A stretch of 64,000 bases of DNA from an uncultured Gemmatimonadales bacterium (GTDB lineage: Bacteria > Gemmatimonadota > Gemmatimonadetes > Palauibacterales > Palauibacteraceae): assembly GCA_963783385.1 (NCBI GenBank), contig CAWANJ010000006.1:448001-512000 (forward strand). Direction: 5' to 3'. The position numbers and the translations under genes are program-made. Numbering within the stretch: position 1 is the first letter of the stretch; each line of letters begins with the position of its first letter. The notes under the pieces were generated by a model. That model searched no databases. It worked only from the letters and a program-made list of their open reading frames with translations, and had not been told where the DNA came from. This document shows positions 63,406 to 64,000 of this stretch, in pieces.

Positions 63406-63922
63406 GGGGCCCTCCCGGCGATCCCGTCGCGGACTTGCCGTCCCCGGGCTCCCGGCCCGAAGCAGCGAGCTCCCGCGCGGCCGCCGCGATGCCGGCCAGC
63501 GTCCGGTCGGCCACGACGTGGATGAAGTGCGGCCCGATGACCCGACGCGCCGCGAACCCCCCGACCACCGGCCAGGTGGGGCCCGTCCAGGCGTGGACGA
63601 TCTCGATGCGCGTGCCCCACGGGGAGGGCTCCAGTCGCCACTCGACCTCCATTCCCTTCGTGATCCCCTCCACGTGTCGGTAGCGGATGCGGCCGGCGGA
63701 CAGGTCGGAGGTCATCTCGGACACCCACCACACGGGGTAGGGGAGGGGACCGAAGCGGCGCATCGCGGCCATCTCGACGCGTCCCCGCCCGCGGCCGTCA
63801 CGGCGGCGGAAGACGACGCGGCGGTAATGGGGCAGGAGCTCCGGCCAGGCCTCCACGTCGACGGCCAGCTCGAGGCAGACGCCGGGGGGCGCGGCGGCCA
63901 CGACCTCGTTATGCGTGAGCAT
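63392..63922 (-). CDS. SRPBCC/polyketide cyclase-like protein
   Basis: LAVDVEAWPELLPHYRRV, WWVSEM, RHVEGITKGMEVEWRL, VADRTLAGI. Confidence 0.8.
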   Translation of the reverse strand: MLTHNEVVAAAPPGVCLELAVDVEAWPELLPHYRRVVFRRRDGRGRGRVEMAAMRRFGPLPYPVWWVSEMTSDLSAGRIRYRHVEGITKGMEVEWRLEPSPWGTRIEIVHAWTGPTWPVVGGFAARRVIGPHFIHVVADRTLAGIAAAARELAASGREPGDGKSATGSPGGPHAPA

Positions 63923-64000
63923 CGCGCCTTCCCAGCCCGCGCGGCCGTGGCTCGGGGCGGCCGCGCACGGGGTCGCCGGCCTGTCCGCGGTCACCGTGGA

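Overview
GC-rich (roughly 70% by eye) bacterial chromosomal window. Gene content and style suggest Gemmatimonadota (inference). Many single-base frameshifts, including one in the essential glyQS, point to an unpolished long-read assembly. Housekeeping genes: menG/ubiE, trpE, carB, tnaA, dinB, glycerate kinase, glyQS, nth, queG, fabF-like. No rRNA, tRNA, CRISPR array or mobile element was seen. Five items stand out. (1) A ~14 kb minus-strand locus (18871-32767): an ECF43-type (STTA motif) sigma factor and a Ser/Thr kinase-TPR gene lead about eight uncharacterised secreted/lipoprotein/membrane genes, including an OmpA protein with (VPGDQF) repeats; two intergenic gaps share an identically spaced promoter-like motif, and an unnamed domain occurs twice plus a relic third copy. 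(2) A four-gene cassette (59824-62180): a 77-aa signal-peptide, 4-Cys peptide missed by the ORF track, a thioredoxin-like protein, a beta-propeller lipoprotein and a membrane protein. (3) A diguanylate cyclase fused to an [FeFe]-hydrogenase-like domain lacking all H-cluster cysteines. (4) An orphan Phd/YefM-like gene with a perfect 24-bp TGTACA-centred palindrome, divergent from tnaA. (5) Several apparent leaderless promoters. All family assignments come from motif recognition by eye; no database searches were run.
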